From Laetmonice hystrix (taxonomy: Eukaryota): a stretch of 64,000 nucleotides of DNA. The notes below the pieces were generated by a model. It was not told the DNA's origin, searched no databases, and worked only from the letters and a program-made list of their open reading frames with translations. The position numbers and the translations under genes were made by a program. How positions within the stretch are numbered: the stretch's first letter is position 1; each line of letters starts with the position of its first letter. The stretch spans positions 44,020,001-44,084,000 of the forward strand of contig OZ249436.1 of NCBI GenBank assembly GCA_965235115.1. The letters are read 5' to 3'. Below are positions 26,901 to 36,884 of the stretch, piece by piece.

Positions 26901-29335
26901 CCAAGGACAGTCAATAGAGTTGAATAACGAAGAAAAACAGAAAAAGGTGAAATCTTTTCTAAAACTGATGGATATAAACTGGACAGAGGAGATGTCAACT
27001 CAGGCACTGCGTACCTTGTATGAATTAAAAAGGAACAAGGTCAAACTTCTTCCTCTTGTTGAAGATGTCCACTTGTTGTCGGCGTATCTAAAGGAAACGG
27101 GAAAGAAAGCTGCTGCTTACTTAACAGCAAGCCAGAGTGAGGATCCAAAATATACTTCTCAATGGGACGTTCTTCGAGATGTTTTGTTGGTTCGACTCAT
27201 CCTCTTCAACAGGCGGCGACAAGGTGAGGTTTCACACATGTCTGTTGAGGACTACGCCAAGGTCCATCAGGCTGGTCATGAAGGCTTTGTGATGGAAAGT
27301 TTAACCACTCTGGAACAGAATCTCAGTCGCCACTTCTTTCGTGTTGAGATCCGCGGAAAGCGTGGAAACACTGTGCCGGTACTTCTCAACAAAGAGTGTA
27401 AAGAATGGCTGGATGTCTTAGTGGCTACCAGGGAAAAGGTTGGTATTGCTCCCGGAAATGACTACCTCTTTGCCAGATCACATTATGGATCTCTTGACCA
27501 TGTCAGAGGTTCTGACTGCTTAAGGGACATGAGCGAACAGTGTGGAGCAAGAGAGCCTCAGCTACTACGAACGACTAAACTACGCAAACAGATTGCGACA
27601 ATGAGTCAGATCTTAAACTTAAAAGATCACGAGCTTGACGTACTAGCCCGGTTCCTCGGCCACGATATCCGAGTACACAGGGAGTATTACCGCTTACCAG
27701 ACCAAACCCTTCAAGTGGCCAAAGTGACAAAACTTCTCTTGGCAATGGAAAAGGGAGGGCAAGGCCTACAGCTTGGACAGAGTCTAGATGACGTCAACGT
27801 AAACGTGGNNNNNNNNNNNNNNNNNNNNNNNNNNNNNNNNNNNNNNNNNNNNNNNNNNNNNNNNNNNNNNNNNNNNNNNNNNNNNNNNNNNNNNNNNNNN
27901 NNNNNNNNNNNNNNNNNNNNNNNNNNNNNNNNNNNNNNNNNNNNNNNNNNNNNNNNNNNNNNNNNNNNNNNNNNNNNNNNNNNNNNNNNNNNNNNNNNNN
28001 NAAACAAAATAGGGATTCCTTTACAGAAATTGATGCCAATTCTGGACAGTCGAGTGAAAGCGATGGGGACCAGGGAAGCCAACAGGACAGTTCTGCCAAC
28101 ACTGAAGCATCGAAACGTGTATCCCAAAGAAATATCGCAAGTCAACTGGAGATAACTCCGGGGAGTACCACAGCAAGTCAACAGAAGAACACCAAACAAC
28201 TTAAAGGTAGAAATCACTAATTTCGCCCCCCCCCCTGCATTTTCACTTCTGTTGATCGCAACTTTAAAATAGATTTATTTAAACAGGATTCTAATGCATC
28301 AGGGAGTAACTAATTTATTAGCATGATGTCAGGTGCTGGTGATCATAATCATTCCCACCACTGTCCCAGACCGTAAGAAATCTTCTCCACGGCCCCTTCA
28401 CCTGAAAGCCCTGGCTTGCTTTTGTGCGTCCTCACTTTGTAGGATGAGTGTAATGCCTATAGCCATGTCCTCAGTCTGTTGTGTGTGTCCTCACTTCGCG
28501 GTGTCGGTGTGGACTGTGTCCTCACTTTGTGCCATTGGTGTGTTGTGTGTCCTCGCTTTGTAAAGTGGGTTTAATACATAAACCCATGTTCTCAGTCACT
28601 CAGTGTCTTGTGTTTGTCCTCACTTCGTGTACTGGTTCGTAGTGTGTCCTCACTTTGTAGCATTGGTGTGGTGTGTGTCCTCACTTTGTAGCATTGGTGT
28701 GGAGTGTGTCCTCACTGTGTAGCATTGGTGTGGCGTGTGTCCTCACATTGTAGCATTGGTGTGGCGTGTGTCCTCACATTGTAGCATTGGTGTGGCGTGT
28801 GTCCTCACTTTGTATCATTGGTGCGGTGTGTCCTCGCTTTAATTGTAAGGTGTGTTTTATGCATAAACCCATGTCCTCAGTCACTCAGTTTCTTGTGCGT
28901 GTTCTCACTTTGTAGCATTGGTATGGAGTGTGTCCTCACTTTGTAGCATTGGTGTGGTGTGTGTCCTCGCTTTGTAGCATTGGTGTGGTGTGTGTCCTCG
29001 CTTTGTATCATTGGTGTGGTACTTAATTATTTTAAATATGAAGTTTTTGTTTATTCTGAGTTTAAATTAAAGTAAAAATTCATGAATGACTTCGTTACAT
29101 TGTTATAGAGCCAGCAGAAACATCTGTTCGCCGGCCCCAGAAGAAAAGAGGCTGGAACGAGACTGAGGTCAACACTGTAATGAGATACTTCAGTACCGAC
29201 ATCGCGCTGGGGAACCTGCCGGGAAAATCACAAATAGAAGCTATGCTTGCTGCAGAACAGCCATTGGAACACCGGTCGTGGAGGAATGTCAAAGATTTTA
29301 TTAGAAATCGCATTGTTAGTCAGAAGAAACTTTAA
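19003..29335 (+). CDS. Spliced SET domain - repeat linker - Zn finger - tyrosine recombinase - Myb/SANT-like fusion protein (~1550 aa or more)
   Basis: Exons 19003-19108, 20216-20369, 20542-20679, 20860-20935, 23398-23425 (tentative), 23604-25148, 25655-27808+ (N gap), ~28013-28206, 28333-28372 (tentative), 29109-29335. All visible junctions are GT-AG and phase-compatible; the junction inside the gap cannot be checked. Confidence 0.7.
21579..22126. mobile_element. MITE nested in intron 4 of the YR-element gene
   Basis: ~55-bp imperfect TIRs (AAGGCTAAGATTTCATTAATACG...CTCTACGGC / GCCGTAGAG...ATTGAATCTCAGCTT). Confidence 0.7.
23604..25148 (+). CDS. Repeat-rich linker exon (17-aa GDDLLGPVATATTPQVA units, 51-bp period)
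   Basis: Acceptor cacag|GT at 23604, donor GGAG|gtacga at 25148/25149; 1545 bp with no stop; phase 1 matches the acceptor of the YR exon at 25655. Confidence 0.7.
25205..25500 (+). repeat. Intronic 31-bp array carrying the element terminal motif
   Basis: TGTATGTGTCCTCACTCTGCTCCAACCTTGG. Confidence 0.9.
25655..27808 (+). CDS. Tyrosine recombinase exon with N-terminal Zn fingers
   Basis: YCLYCQKPQKKLPRHITTQH (C2H2) and CEIC...HRC. Catalytic-type motifs LFNRRRQGE (27211), RGKRG (27352), TTKLRK (~27577), FLGHDIRVHREYY (27658-27690). About 718 codons without a stop up to the N gap. Confidence 0.9.
27809..28001. other. Assembly gap (N run) inside the YR gene
   Basis: Ns. Confidence 1.
28425..29000 (+). 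repeat. Intronic ~31-bp array carrying the element terminal motif
   Basis: GTGTGTCCTCACTTTGTAGCATTGGTGTGGT. Confidence 0.9.
29109..29335 (+). CDS. Terminal exon: Myb/SANT-like helix-turn-helix module
   Basis: ttatag|AG CCA...; PAETSVRRPQKKRGWNETEVNTVMRYFSTDIALGNLPGKSQIEAMLAAEQPLEHRSWRNVKDFIRNRIVSQKKL*, W...W spacing typical of Myb-like folds. Domain identity is inferred. Confidence 0.7.
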
Positions 29336-30023
29336 ATGTGTAAAGATCCGGGTTCCGTTCGTGTCTGGTTACTTAGCATTGTTATGAGCACAATTTTTAA
29401 GACACATTAAAAGGATTTCAGTGAAAATCACAAATAGAAGCTATGCTTGCTGCAGAACAGCCATTGGAACACCGGTCGTGGAGGAATGTCAAAGATTTTA
29501 TTAGAAATCGCATTGTTAGTCAAAAGAAACTTTAAATGTGTAAAGATCCGGGTTCCGTTCGTGTCTGGTTACTTAGCGTTGTTATGAGCACAATTTTTAA
29601 GACACATTAAAAGGATTTCAGTGAAAATCACAAATAGAAGCTATGCTTGCTGCAGAACAGCCATTGGAACACCGGTCGTGGAGGAATGTCAAAGATTTTA
29701 TTAGAAATCGCCTTGTTAGTCAAAAGAAACTTTAAATGTGTAAAGATCCGGGTTCCGTTCGTGTCTGGTTACTTAGCGTTGTTATGAGCACAATTTTTAA
29801 GACACATTAAAAGGATTTCAGTGAAAATCACAAATAGAAGCTATGCTTGCTGCAGAACAGCCATTGGAACACCGGTCGTGGAGGAATGTCAAAGATTTTA
29901 TTAGAAATCGCATTGTTAGTCAGAAGAAACTTTAAAAGTGTAAAGATCCGGGTTCTGTTCGTGTCTGGTTACTTAGCGCTGTTATGAGCACAATTTTTAA
30001 GACACATTAAAAGGATTTCAGTG
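29224..30023 (+). repeat. Four tandem 200-bp copies of the last-exon end plus 3' UTR
   Basis: AAAATCACAAATAGAAGC recurs at 29224, 29424, 29624 and 29824. Confidence 0.95.
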
Positions 30024-30259
30024 TATTTTCGCAACTTCCTGTTTTTCTTGATGCAGTTTTAGGGGTAGCTCTAGGTACCCCACCTGACTGTAGTGATTAG
30101 GCCCCTATATATCCCTCCTGACTGTAGTGCTAGAAGTATCTCTTTTTCAAAGCAGCGGACGTTTATTTGACTCTCAAGTAGTACTGAAACTGAAGAATCG
30201 GGGAACTTCTCGCAATTTTTATCATTACGGGTTGATGCATGCCCCTGGGTTCTTAGTAT

Positions 30260-30532
30260 GGTGCGTGTCCTCACTTCGTAGCATTGGTGTGCGGTGTGTC
30301 CTCAGTTTGTAGGAAGTTTAATGCCTATACCCATGTCCTCGGTTTGTTGTGTGTGTCCTCACTTTGGAGCATTGGTGTGGTGTGTTTCCTCACTGTGTAG
30401 CATTGGTGCGATGTGTGTCCTCACTTTGTAGCATTGGTGTGATGTGTCCTCGCTTTGTAGGATGGTTTTAATGCATAAAGCAATGTCCTCAGTAAGTGAG
30501 TGTAGCATTGGTGTGGTGTGTCCTCGCTTTGT
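30260..30532 (+). repeat. Third array of the element terminal motif
   Basis: Repeated GTGTCCTC(A/G)CTTTGTAG...ATTGGTGTG. Confidence 0.85.
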
Positions 30533-31070
30533 AAAGATAATGAACAATTCGTCCAATTCCGCTTTGTTTTAAAAATTGTTTGTATTTTATTGGATATTTA
30601 AATAGAGTATTTGCATTATATCTGTATCTTAGATAAAATTGTATTCGTTGTTGAACCCAACCTTTAATTTAACGGGTATCTAGATATACATGTATTTCTG
30701 GCATTATTGTCCCTGGTGAAGAGTAAAGATCGCGTGTAGTTTACCTACACAAAGTTAAGATGCCTTATTTCACAATTTTAAGGAGTTTTCCCAGCACTAC
30801 AAGCAGAGTATTGTATGAAGGAATAACCTGAAGGCGTCAGGGGGACAAGTTGCCCATCATTGCTTTTTCCAACCCTTCTACTGTCAAGAGTAGACGAAAT
30901 AGGAAACGTGTTTAAAATAACAGTAGGTGAAGTTGAAGTAGGCCAAATCCGAGTAGATGAGGTCGGGTTTTATGTCTGAGATTTAGGTGGTCGCACTGAG
31001 TTGCTCTAATTAATCGTGAGTAATCTCCTAAGATAGTATTCGATCGAGACTGAACCAAAGTGGTCTTGAT

Positions 31071-31730
31071 CAGGCGCGGATCCAGGGGGTGCATTGGGTG
31101 CACGTGCACCCCCCTTGAGTCCCCATTTTTATATATAGGCCTATATTAATCAAACCCCTCCCGTTCCAAGTGACCCGCATCTGGCAAACCGGCACCAAAA
31201 CCCACTGACCCGCGAGGACAGCCATAGGACCCACCTGAATGATAAATCTAGGGCGTTTTAGGCCTAGATTTATCATTTAGGTGGAGCCTATCCTCTTTTT
31301 TGCCACTTTGTGTCGTTTGTTGAGGATAGTCTGCGGCTTGATCACACGTGCATTAGTAAATTTAGCTCAGATTACATATGCGCCATCAGGTGGCCTATAG
31401 ATCTATAGCCACGCATATCTGATAGATGGCGATTGTGCCCCCCCCCCCCCCTTTTTTTGCAGACTGACTTTTTAACGAATTGCTAAAAAAGCTAGGCCTA
31501 TTTTCAGCTGACTCTAAGACCTTGCAGCCTATGTTGTTCCCAGATGCCAGGAAAACGCATATTTGGCACTTTATTTTTAGGCTTATATTATTATTGAAAC
31601 TTGGGACCTATATGTAAGTAGTCGTAAAATAGTGATAAGAACTGATGCACCGTCCTATACTTTGGGGACCTCACAAGTATCTTTGATGGTGCACCCCCCC
31701 CCCCCTACAGAGCAACTGGATCTGCCCCTG
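31071..31730. mobile_element. G-run MITE nested in the 3' part of the YR element
   Basis: CAGGCGCGGATCCAG / CTGGATCTGCCCCTG imperfect TIR (12/15). Confidence 0.5.
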
Positions 31731-32055
31731 TTGATGATGGGTTGGTTTCATCAGTTGGATAATTTTTAAGGCGGACTGCAGTAGGCCTAGTTTCATTTAG
31801 AATAAATTGCATACGCAGTCCTGCTTTTTACATGCAGTATACGAAATGTCCTCGTACTACCCCATCCATTGGGTATGGATGTGTCCTTACTTTGGTGACC
31901 CAATTAGCTTTCAATACACATGTGGTCCCACCTTTGATAGATTTTGTCCACACACAAAAAAATGTTAGAACTTAACGAAATTAGAGTTTAAGCCTCATTA
32001 GGTTAATTTAATATACCATGCAAAATAATGGCCTAATATCTTTAGAAATAAAAGA

Positions 32056-32106
32056 GTCCACATTTTGTAGGTTTCAGACACATGTCCCCACTTTCCACCA
32101 TTAACA
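32056..32106 (-). repeat. Right terminal inverted repeat
   Basis: GTCCACATTTTG...GTCCCCACTTTCCACCATTAACA, followed by CGTA(TG)n; AATAAA at 32047-32052 just inside. Confidence 0.75.
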
Positions 32107-32107
32107 C

Positions 32108-32110
<3 letters not shown>

Positions 32111-32141
<31 letters not shown>
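32111..32141. repeat. (TG)n microsatellite at the right junction
   Basis: Pure TG run just after the right TIR. Confidence 0.95.
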
Positions 32142-32143
<2 letters not shown>

Positions 32144-32412
32144 GGGGGGGGGGCATGGCCCCTGTGATCCTCCGACATCACTGAACTGTATGCTCCCGCT
32201 TGGAAGTGACATACCATATTGTATAGCTCCACATAACGTTGAAACTACATCGATTATAAAGTAGCTTGGTGCAATTTTTGGTGTAGTTTTAATTCAGTTT
32301 AATATAGGCCTATATATCGCGCAGTATAAACATTGTAGGAAACATTGTACAGAACGTTTGGCGTGATCCCTTAAAAATGGGCGCGTTTATAAACGTTTAT
32401 TGTCCAAGTTCT

Positions 32413-32532
32413 GGGCCCGGTTCACAAACAAAGTCAAGTCAATTTTAATTAACTTGAAACCAATCAGATTTAAGTAAAATTGACTTCAAGTCAATTAAAA
32501 TTGACTTGACTTTGATTGTGAACCGGGCCCTG
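32413..32532. mobile_element. MITE family A copy 2 (opposite orientation)
   Basis: Matches the reverse complement of 12891-13013. Confidence 0.85.
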
Positions 32533-33770
32533 GAGGCGCCAGCTAGGGGACATCGGCCTGGTGTTATGAGAAGTGGCGGTCGGTGCTCGGCACACACACC
32601 GCCCCAGTTCCCGGCCAGTCTCCGGGGTAGATTTGATATAGGGTCACTATTATCTAGATAATAGTGACCGGGGAGGTTATTATTATCTAGATAATACCTA
32701 CTGGGGGTAGGTATTAGATAGGGGGTAGGTATTAGATATGACACCGGCGCTAAACGATATGTCAATAGAATTGGTCTGATTTATTAAACGTATTTTTGGG
32801 ACAGTAGGATAAGCAACCTGTGTTTTAAAGTGGTTGTCTCACGAATTTCAAGTCATACGTAGCGTTTCCCAAATAATATGTCTGCATTGGGGGTCTCCAA
32901 TATGATCCAAAGCCCCGCTACCTTTCGATGTGAACTTTGCGGGTATTATGTAAAATACATTCAAAAAGTCGCGAAATCTTATTTCCGTCACTGAAAATGA
33001 CCTACTTCCGAAAATGGCTTCCGAGACCTCGGTAGTTGTTTTTTTTTATATTCGTATGTACACTGCTATGCAAATTATTTGTACTAGCGAAAATAGATTT
33101 CGAATCTACACCACAACAACACAACGTTCAAACGATTCAAACAAAAGTTTACATGGGGGCCTTTCTGTACTCGCCGTGTATGACATTGGAAGCTATTCCT
33201 GTTCTTCTCAAAAAACAATGACGCACTCCCTACAGGTTAGGATGGCCTTGCCCTGGCACAAAATCAGATAGAAACATGAGTGTGCAGAAAGTGTAAACAT
33301 GTGGTGAGACTTGGCAAGCAAACCCGTCCAGTCCCAGACCCAAAACAAAAACTAATGTTGCGGTTTTCCCTCTAACCATGGTGAAACTTATGTCTCTCTC
33401 CTTCTGGCAAAGATTAGGCTATACATTTCAAGATCCTCCTCCCAACTTTGTGAAGGGTTTGTGGGTGGAGTGGGGGGGGGGGGGGTGTCCTTTTGTCATT
33501 ACACAAGGCGTGGTAGCATTTTTCTGGAGACTTCATTAGGCGTTCAAAAAGAGGGACGTCGATTTATGACATAGGCCTACTAGTTACCATGGGGACGGTC
33601 ACGGCCCGGCCGATATAGGAACCGACGTCGGCAGATGAATCATTTTTTTATTCTTTTAGTTGTAAAATGAAATTTTAGTTAGTATAACGTTAACGTATAT
33701 AATTCTCGACCCTGGTAAAGGCATTTGTGTTCTGTTTAAGGTTCTTGGATAAATGTGCATAGATCCATAC

Positions 33771-34006
33771 CAGGCGCGTGTCCAGAGGTGGGGGGGGGGG
33801 GCAGGGGGTCCGGACCCCTCCTGCTCCCACAGAGCATAGATTCTTTCTAAGCATTCCCGCCGTTTTGAACCTGTTGATCGATGAATCTACAAAATATAAT
33901 GCCCTAAAATGGCCCCTAAATGTCGGGGAATCGCGTTTCAGAGCTTCTAATTTAAAAATAAATTCTGAGACCCCCCCCCCTGCTGAAAATCCTGGACACA
34001 CGCCTG
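33771..34006. mobile_element. G-run MITE
   Basis: CAGGCGCGTGTCCAG / CTGGACACACGCCTG (14/15). Confidence 0.7.
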
Positions 34007-34480
34007 CATACAAACGTGAAACTGAATCGCACCTCCGAAACGATGTCTCCTTCTACAGCTCTGTATACTAAACTATGTCATGAACGTGACGCTTTCACCA
34101 CACCGACTCTTACGAGTTGGCGAGCATTCTAGGATATGCTTCTGTACAATCATGTAAGCATTTCAAACCCCCACAGTACATCAATGCAACCTGTTTTTAA
34201 AAGAAATATCTACGCATACATAATGTATAGACACACATGGGTCACTTGAAATTGTTCTCTCAACTGCACGTTTATCGTTGACACCACGAGGTTGCCTCAA
34301 CCAGAAATGGCCTTAGGTTATCTTTGATCCTCTGTCAGATGTGCCGTGCCAGGAACTTTTTCAGTCCACTCGCCTCCTTCCTTGTTCGCAGAGCTCTGAC
34401 ATGTTTCATCCACGGCGGAAGAAAGAGTGTAATCCTTAACATCAGCATTTACAGGGCCCACGATTTAAGTCATAAATTAT

Positions 34481-34836
34481 ACTGACAATCTGTTATAATG
34501 TTTGTAATAATGTCTGTAATAATCTGTAATAATGTCTGTAATAATGTCTGCAATAATCTGTAATAATGTCTGTAATAATCTGTAATAATGTCTGTAATAA
34601 TCTGTAATAATGTCTGTGATAATGTCTGTAATAATGTCTGTAATAATGTTTGTAATAATGTCTGTAATAATCTGTAATAATGTCTGTAATAATCTGTAAT
34701 AATGTCTGTAATAATGTCTGTAATAATGTCTGTATAATGTCTGTAATAATGTCTGTAATAATGTCTGTAATAATCTGTAATAATGTCTGTGATAATCTGT
34801 AATAATGTCTGTGATAATCTGTAATAATGTCTGTGA
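34481..34836. repeat. 10-12-bp (TGTAATAATGTC/TGTAATAATC) array
   Basis: Direct reading. Confidence 0.95.
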
Positions 34837-35273
34837 TGCGAATAAACAAAAATAAATAATGATCACTTGGATGAGATTGGGATGTTCTGCTTGGTTGCAA
34901 TTGACGCAATTAATGCAACATTAACAAAATACCTCCAGGAAAGAAGCCAACAAGGCCAAACAGTTTCTACCAACATGAGTTCCTGAACACCAGTACTATA
35001 CCGTATAGAGGAGAAAACACCAGCATGCCAGTCATCTTGATTACCAAAATTCTTACGATAATATGGAGCGGATGAAAGGCATACTTTTGCCCAATACCTA
35101 GGTGTCTGAGAAGACAGGTGCATGTAGCATTCCCGTTGCCCTACGGAGGCGTCAGATAGCAAACCTCTACAGGAATGCAAGCTAAACGCGTTCAGTGCCA
35201 GATTTCTACTGAACATTGCGAATTCCCAGAAGGATCCTACGGAGCCCTGTTGGGGACATGAAGAAAGGAAATT

Positions 35274-35410
35274 CGTTTCAGAGAATTTTTTGGTGGTAAT
35301 CTCGTAATAACTTAGTAATAACTTAGTGACGTCATTAAGTCGTAATAATGAGTTACTGACGTCATTAAGTCGTTATTACGAGATCACCACAAAACGTTTT
35401 CTCTAAAACG
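35274..35410. mobile_element. MITE
   Basis: ~38-bp imperfect TIR CGTTTCAGAGAA...GGTAATCTCGTAATAAC / GTTATTACGAGATCACC...TCTCTAAAACG. Confidence 0.7.
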
Positions 35411-35454
35411 AATGATTTATCGGCCTTGCTTACATTTCAAATTGTGCACTTTTC

Positions 35455-35820
35455 TTATTATTTCAATACCAATATGCCAATTTATTTATTATTTCAATAC
35501 CAATATGCCAATTTATTTATTATTTCAATACCAATATGCCAATTTATTTATTATTTCAATACCAATATGCCAATTTATTTATTATTTCAATACCAATATG
35601 CCAATTTATTTATTATTTCAATTCCAATAGGCCAATGTATTTATTATTTCAATTCCAATATGCCAATGTATTTATTATTTCAATACCAATATGCCAATGT
35701 ATTTATTTTTTCAATACCAATATACCAATGTATTTATTATTTCTATACCAATATGCCAATGTATTTATTATTTCAATACCAATATGCCAATGTATTTATT
35801 ATTTCAATACCAATATGACT
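35455..35820. repeat. AT-rich minisatellite, 31-bp unit
   Basis: TTTATTTATTATTTCAATACCAATATGCCAA. Confidence 0.95.
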
Positions 35821-36884
35821 ATGTATTTATTAACTTGAAAGTAACGAATCAGCCTGAGAGAGACTATTATTCCCTGCTATACGACTGACAATAGATGCTA
35901 TCAATACGGTATCTATTGTAGCGGTTTATTGTTTGTTGCATTGACCCTGTACGCCAGTCAATTACAGTCAACTATTTACTCGGTGATAGAGGGAAACGGT
36001 CATAGTGTCCCCGGCGTCTGGATTTCACTTGGGCAGTGGGACGTAGAAATTGTGTCTTTATGAATGTGAACTTAAGTTTGCCCATAAAACCTTTTCGTGT
36101 TTCACTCAGTGCTCACTTATTTTCTTTGGGCAAGAATTGGTTTTGGAGGGGAGAAACAAATTTGCATATCTGTGACAAATATTATGTTGACATTGACGCC
36201 AGGTGCCGACTGTCGCCGAAAGGACGTTGCTGTCGGTCGTTGTTACCATATAATATTTGTCACCAATATCTTGTGGAGGGGGGGGGGAGGTCTGGGGTCA
36301 TTCTGTGTTGGCACATGACTGTCAACCCGGGTATGACTACGAGGCTTGATAAAAACGCCAGCAGTTGGAGTAATGATTTAGCGTTTAGGAAAAGGAAATT
36401 CCGGTACTTTTTAGAATCTATTTTTAATTTAATTTTACACATACCCTAGACCTAGACCTATAACCGCCATCTCCTCTTATTTTTTAACATTTTAATTTTT
36501 TCATTTCTGAGGAAAAATGTTGGCACGTGCCTACAGTGCCTTTAATGGAAGCAACGCGCCGGGACACGAAGTAGTTCTGTGGAAACACCACTCTGGAGGT
36601 CCAGCTTGATCTGCCCTACACGGGGTGAGTTTAAAAAAGGAAGGTACGAAGCCTTGAGCGGGGGGGGGGGGCCCTCCCCGAAAAAAAAATGAAAATTAAA
36701 GCGCCAAGTATTTATCTGGCATCTGGGAACAAAATTCAAGATCTTATAGTTAGCTGGAAACAAACTGAAAAAAAGGATATTTGCTAGTCCGCAGAAATGA
36801 TGGGGTGGAGGGGGGGGGGGGGGAGCAGCGCACGCCCCCTCTAAATCCGCCTCTGCTTTTACAAGCACATCGTTATTATAAGTA

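Larger units (their letters stand above)
17535..32106 (+). mobile_element. ~14.6-kb TIR-bounded tyrosine-recombinase DNA element (Crypton-like) encoding a SET-YR-Myb fusion
   Basis: Left end TGTTAATGGCGTAAAGTGTGGACAAGTGTC (17535-17564) versus reverse complement of the right end TGTTAATGGTGGAAAGTGGGGACATGTGTC (32077-32106): 26/30. Contains an intact YR exon. The flanks are the two halves of one MITE. The GTCCTCACTTTG motif was seen only inside this interval. Confidence 0.8.
17337..32181. mobile_element. Small MITE (~275 bp) split by the YR element: halves 17337-17534 and 32107-32181
   Basis: Perfect 11-bp inverted termini GTGATGTCGGA (17337-17347) / TCCGACATCAC (32171-32181), with G-runs and a (TG)n tract adjoining the insertion point. 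Confidence 0.6.

Noticed and set aside
28002-28155. ORF-track C-terminus NKIGIPLQ...VNWR*
   Set aside because: The frame is carried artificially across the N gap; another frame (DSFTEID...NNLK) is open to a donor at 28206 and connects to the Myb-like exon.
17535-32106. DDE/cut-and-paste transposon or DIRS retroelement interpretation
   Set aside because: No DDE transposase, RT or RNase H motifs and no clear TSD; the only mobility enzyme is a tyrosine recombinase.
34863-35216. 117-aa minus-strand ORF as a gene exon
   Set aside because: It has possible splice sites, but no homology recognised and no partner exons; insufficient support.
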